A DNA stretch of 64,000 nucleotides from NCBI GenBank assembly GCA_003151815.1, contig PLYN01000024.1, positions 19,917 to 83,916 of the forward strand, read 5' to 3'. Below the pieces are notes generated by a model, which was not told the origin of the DNA, searched no databases, and saw only the letters and a list, made by a program, of their open reading frames with translations. This DNA is from Bacteroidota bacterium. GTDB taxonomy: Bacteria; Bacteroidota; Bacteroidia; 2-12-FULL-35-15. Position numbers and translations under genes: made by a program. This document shows positions 61,802-64,000 of this stretch, piece by piece. Numbering within the stretch: position 1 is the stretch's first letter; the number at the start of each line of letters is the position of its first letter.

Positions 61802-62567
61802 TCCTATGCACAACGACCTTACGCCAATATTATGTTCCTTCGACCCCATCACCCTTGCAGAGATGGATCGTGTAAAACTGCTTGACCGGATGGATACAAA
61901 ATTCGTTTTCAATTATAATCAATTACCTGGCATACTCGAAAGTCTTCCAGAATACTACAAAATATTAGATGTGGACGGAGTGAAGCAAAACAGATATGAA
62001 ACGCTTTATTTTGACACCCCCGATTTTAATCTTTATCTCGATCATCATAACGGTCGTACCAATCGCTATAAAGTACGATATAGAAAATATGTAGATTCCG
62101 ATCTTGTTTTTTTTGAAGTGAAATATAAGAACAACAAAGGGCGAACACTTAAGAGTCGCGTAAAGCGGAAAAATATTCATGAAGTGATTGAAGGGAAATC
62201 AACAGAACTGATAAATGAAAAAACACCCTTTAGTCCGGAAGGCTTGCAATCGAAATTATGGGTTAACTATTCTCGTATCACACTTGTGAATAAATCCAGT
62301 ACTGAACGCTTGACTTTGGATCTCGACCTTCTTTTTAAAAAAGAAGAGCAAATGATTGGGTACGAAAATTTGGTGATTGCAGAAGTTAAACAGGAAGAGC
62401 TAGGAGCATCGCCTTTCATCGACGTGATGAAAATAAATCATGTACGCGAAGGTTCCATTAGTAAATATTGCTTCGGCGTAATCGCACTCATTGATGGCAT
62501 TAAAAAAAATAATTTCAAATCCAATTTATTAACCCTAAACAAATTATGTTATGAAACTAAAAATTAA
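61764..62567 (+). CDS. VTC-domain polyphosphate polymerase-like (CYTH) protein; likely start at 61788 or 61806
   Basis: LLDRMDTKF, Y.TLYFDT, HHNG..NRYKVR.RKY, FFEVK.K, RITLV...ERLTLD, IAEVKQ, SKYC. Confidence 0.88.
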   Translation: MNQLKHILMNSISPMHNDLTPILCSFDPITLAEMDRVKLLDRMDTKFVFNYNQLPGILESLPEYYKILDVDGVKQNRYETLYFDTPDFNLYLDHHNGRTNRYKVRYRKYVDSDLVFFEVKYKNNKGRTLKSRVKRKNIHEVIEGKSTELINEKTPFSPEGLQSKLWVNYSRITLVNKSSTERLTLDLDLLFKKEEQMIGYENLVIAEVKQEELGASPFIDVMKINHVREGSISKYCFGVIALIDGIKKNNFKSNLLTLNKLCYETKN

Positions 62568-63312
62568 ATTTTTATTTAAGATCATTTTGTTCATGTCGCT
62601 TTTATTGCCTACACCTTCATTAAAAGCGCAAGACATAGCCAGTAACACTGATACTTCTATACAGGAGGACACATCAGGTGAAAAGAAAAAAAAGAAAAAA
62701 AATGGAGATGCTGATTTCTTTGTTGTTGGCTTTGATAAACTTTCCGCCAGCTTTTTTGCCAGAATGGCTATTGATATTCTTTCGGTATTGATCTTAATTC
62801 GTTTAATCTATTATCCCATTTACCATAAGAAGGATTTCTTTTTTACCTTCTTTCTTTTCAACATCGTTATTTTCGTTATTACCTATTTGCTGAATAAAGT
62901 TGACCTGTCCATGGGCGCAGCATTTGGCTTGTTTGCGGTATTTTCTTTACTCAGGTATCGCACTGAAAATATTTCGGCAAAAGATATGACCTATTTGTTT
63001 GTAGTAATTGCGCTCGGTCTGATAAGCGCTGTAAATAAAGGAACATTTATTGAAACGTCAATCATCAATGGAATTATACTCATTATTGCTTATACGCTGG
63101 ATGCTAATCTGCTCATCAAAAATGAAAATACCAAGAGAATACAATATGAAAACATTGAACTTGTCAGACCTGAAAATAGTGCGCTGCTATTAGATGACCT
63201 CAGAAAAAGAACAGGATTGAATATTCATAAAATAAGTATAGATGATATCAGTTTTTTGCGCGATACCGCCACAATCACTGTATACTACTTTGATCGCGAT
63301 ATAATTAAATAA
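62551..63312 (+). CDS. DUF4956 membrane protein
   Basis: GAAFGLFAVFSLLRYRT...KDMTYLF; DL..RTGL.I; immediately downstream of the VTC gene. Confidence 0.85.
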   Translation: MKLKIKFLFKIILFMSLLLPTPSLKAQDIASNTDTSIQEDTSGEKKKKKKNGDADFFVVGFDKLSASFFARMAIDILSVLILIRLIYYPIYHKKDFFFTFFLFNIVIFVITYLLNKVDLSMGAAFGLFAVFSLLRYRTENISAKDMTYLFVVIALGLISAVNKGTFIETSIINGIILIIAYTLDANLLIKNENTKRIQYENIELVRPENSALLLDDLRKRTGLNIHKISIDDISFLRDTATITVYYFDRDIIK

Positions 63313-63324
63313 CCAATCTTTGTA

Positions 63325-64000
63325 ATGATATTTCCGGCAAGCCTTAAGATTGTAAATAGGAATAGGCTAACTGCCATCATGTTCTTCTTCATTATTCAAT
63401 CCGCTAGTTCGCAGGTGAATGATGCGGGCTTATGGGAAAACATTTATCTAGATAAAAAAATTACGCCAAAGTGGTCACTTCATCTAAATCAACAAGGTCG
63501 TGTGGATCAAAATATAACACGCTTCCATTATGTCTACGGTGATTTTGGTATTACTTATAAATGGAACAAACATATTCACATAATGTGTGATTATGTTTTG
63601 ATAGAAAAAAAAAGGCTGAATGATTTTTGGAGTACACTTCACCAAGGCTATGTGGCACTTGTACTGAAACAGAAAATTGCTTCATTCACAATTTCTGATC
63701 GTATTATGGCTCAAGTTCAATACTCTGATATTTATTCCAGCAAATTTGGAATGATACCCGATTACAAACTGAGAAATAAAACAATGCTTAAATACAATAG
63801 TATTAGCCGTTTCACTTATTATATCGCATTAGAAATTTATTACAAGATTAATAATACATATTATAAATCTGATTATCCGCTAGGTAATCGGTTAGACAGG
63901 ATGCGCTATTTTGTTGGTGCTTTTTATCAGTTAAACAAAAGGAGCAGTATCGAATTGTATTATTTATATGAGAATAATTTTAATTCAAATAATCCTCCCA
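63325..64000 (+). CDS. DUF2490-like outer-membrane beta-barrel (runs off the window end)
   Basis: Hand translation from ATG 63325: MIFPASLKIVNRNRLTAIMFFFIIQSASSQVNDAGLWENIYLDKKITPKWSLHLNQQGR; appears open to 64000. Confidence 0.7.
   Translation, partial: MIFPASLKIVNRNRLTAIMFFFIIQSASSQVNDAGLWENIYLDKKITPKWSLHLNQQGRVDQNITRFHYVYGDFGITYKWNKHIHIMCDYVLIEKKRLNDFWSTLHQGYVALVLKQKIASFTISDRIMAQVQYSDIYSSKFGMIPDYKLRNKTMLKYNSISRFTYYIALEIYYKINNTYYKSDYPLGNRLDRMRYFVGAFYQLNKRSSIELYYLYENNFNSNNPP

Overview
AT-rich Bacteroidota chromosome segment, judged from type IX secretion (T9SS) C-terminal domains and TAnnTTTG -7 promoter boxes. Positions ~1-21.2 kb are housekeeping and envelope genes: DUF5723-like/lipoprotein pair, rnhB, GT4-FkbM-wzx-wzz-O-antigen ligase, a PP2C phosphatase, lpxD, tsaD, tamB and ribBA. 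From ~21.3 kb to the window end is an accessory island of more than 42 kb. It holds nine T9SS-CTD proteins (CotH kinase, two paralogous clan GH-A hydrolases, a GH26, several propeller proteins and a CTD-only protein), alpha-glucan genes (GT4, GH57, GH15), a sugar-activation set (BadF-type kinase, PGM/PMM, NDP-sugar pyrophosphorylase, PGI), a DksA-like and a degenerate Dps-like gene, four stand-alone receiver proteins and a VTC-DUF4956-DUF2490 module. The main unannotated signal is a shared promoter architecture found 10 times, on both strands, in the island: 2-3 imperfect 7-bp boxes (approx. RRCTATT / AACGAAT) at an exact 21-bp period, followed 32-33 bp later by the Bacteroidota -7 box. This implies a single activator (probably LytTR-like, not encoded in the window) controls the island as one regulon. 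Family assignments come from motif recognition only; no database search was run.
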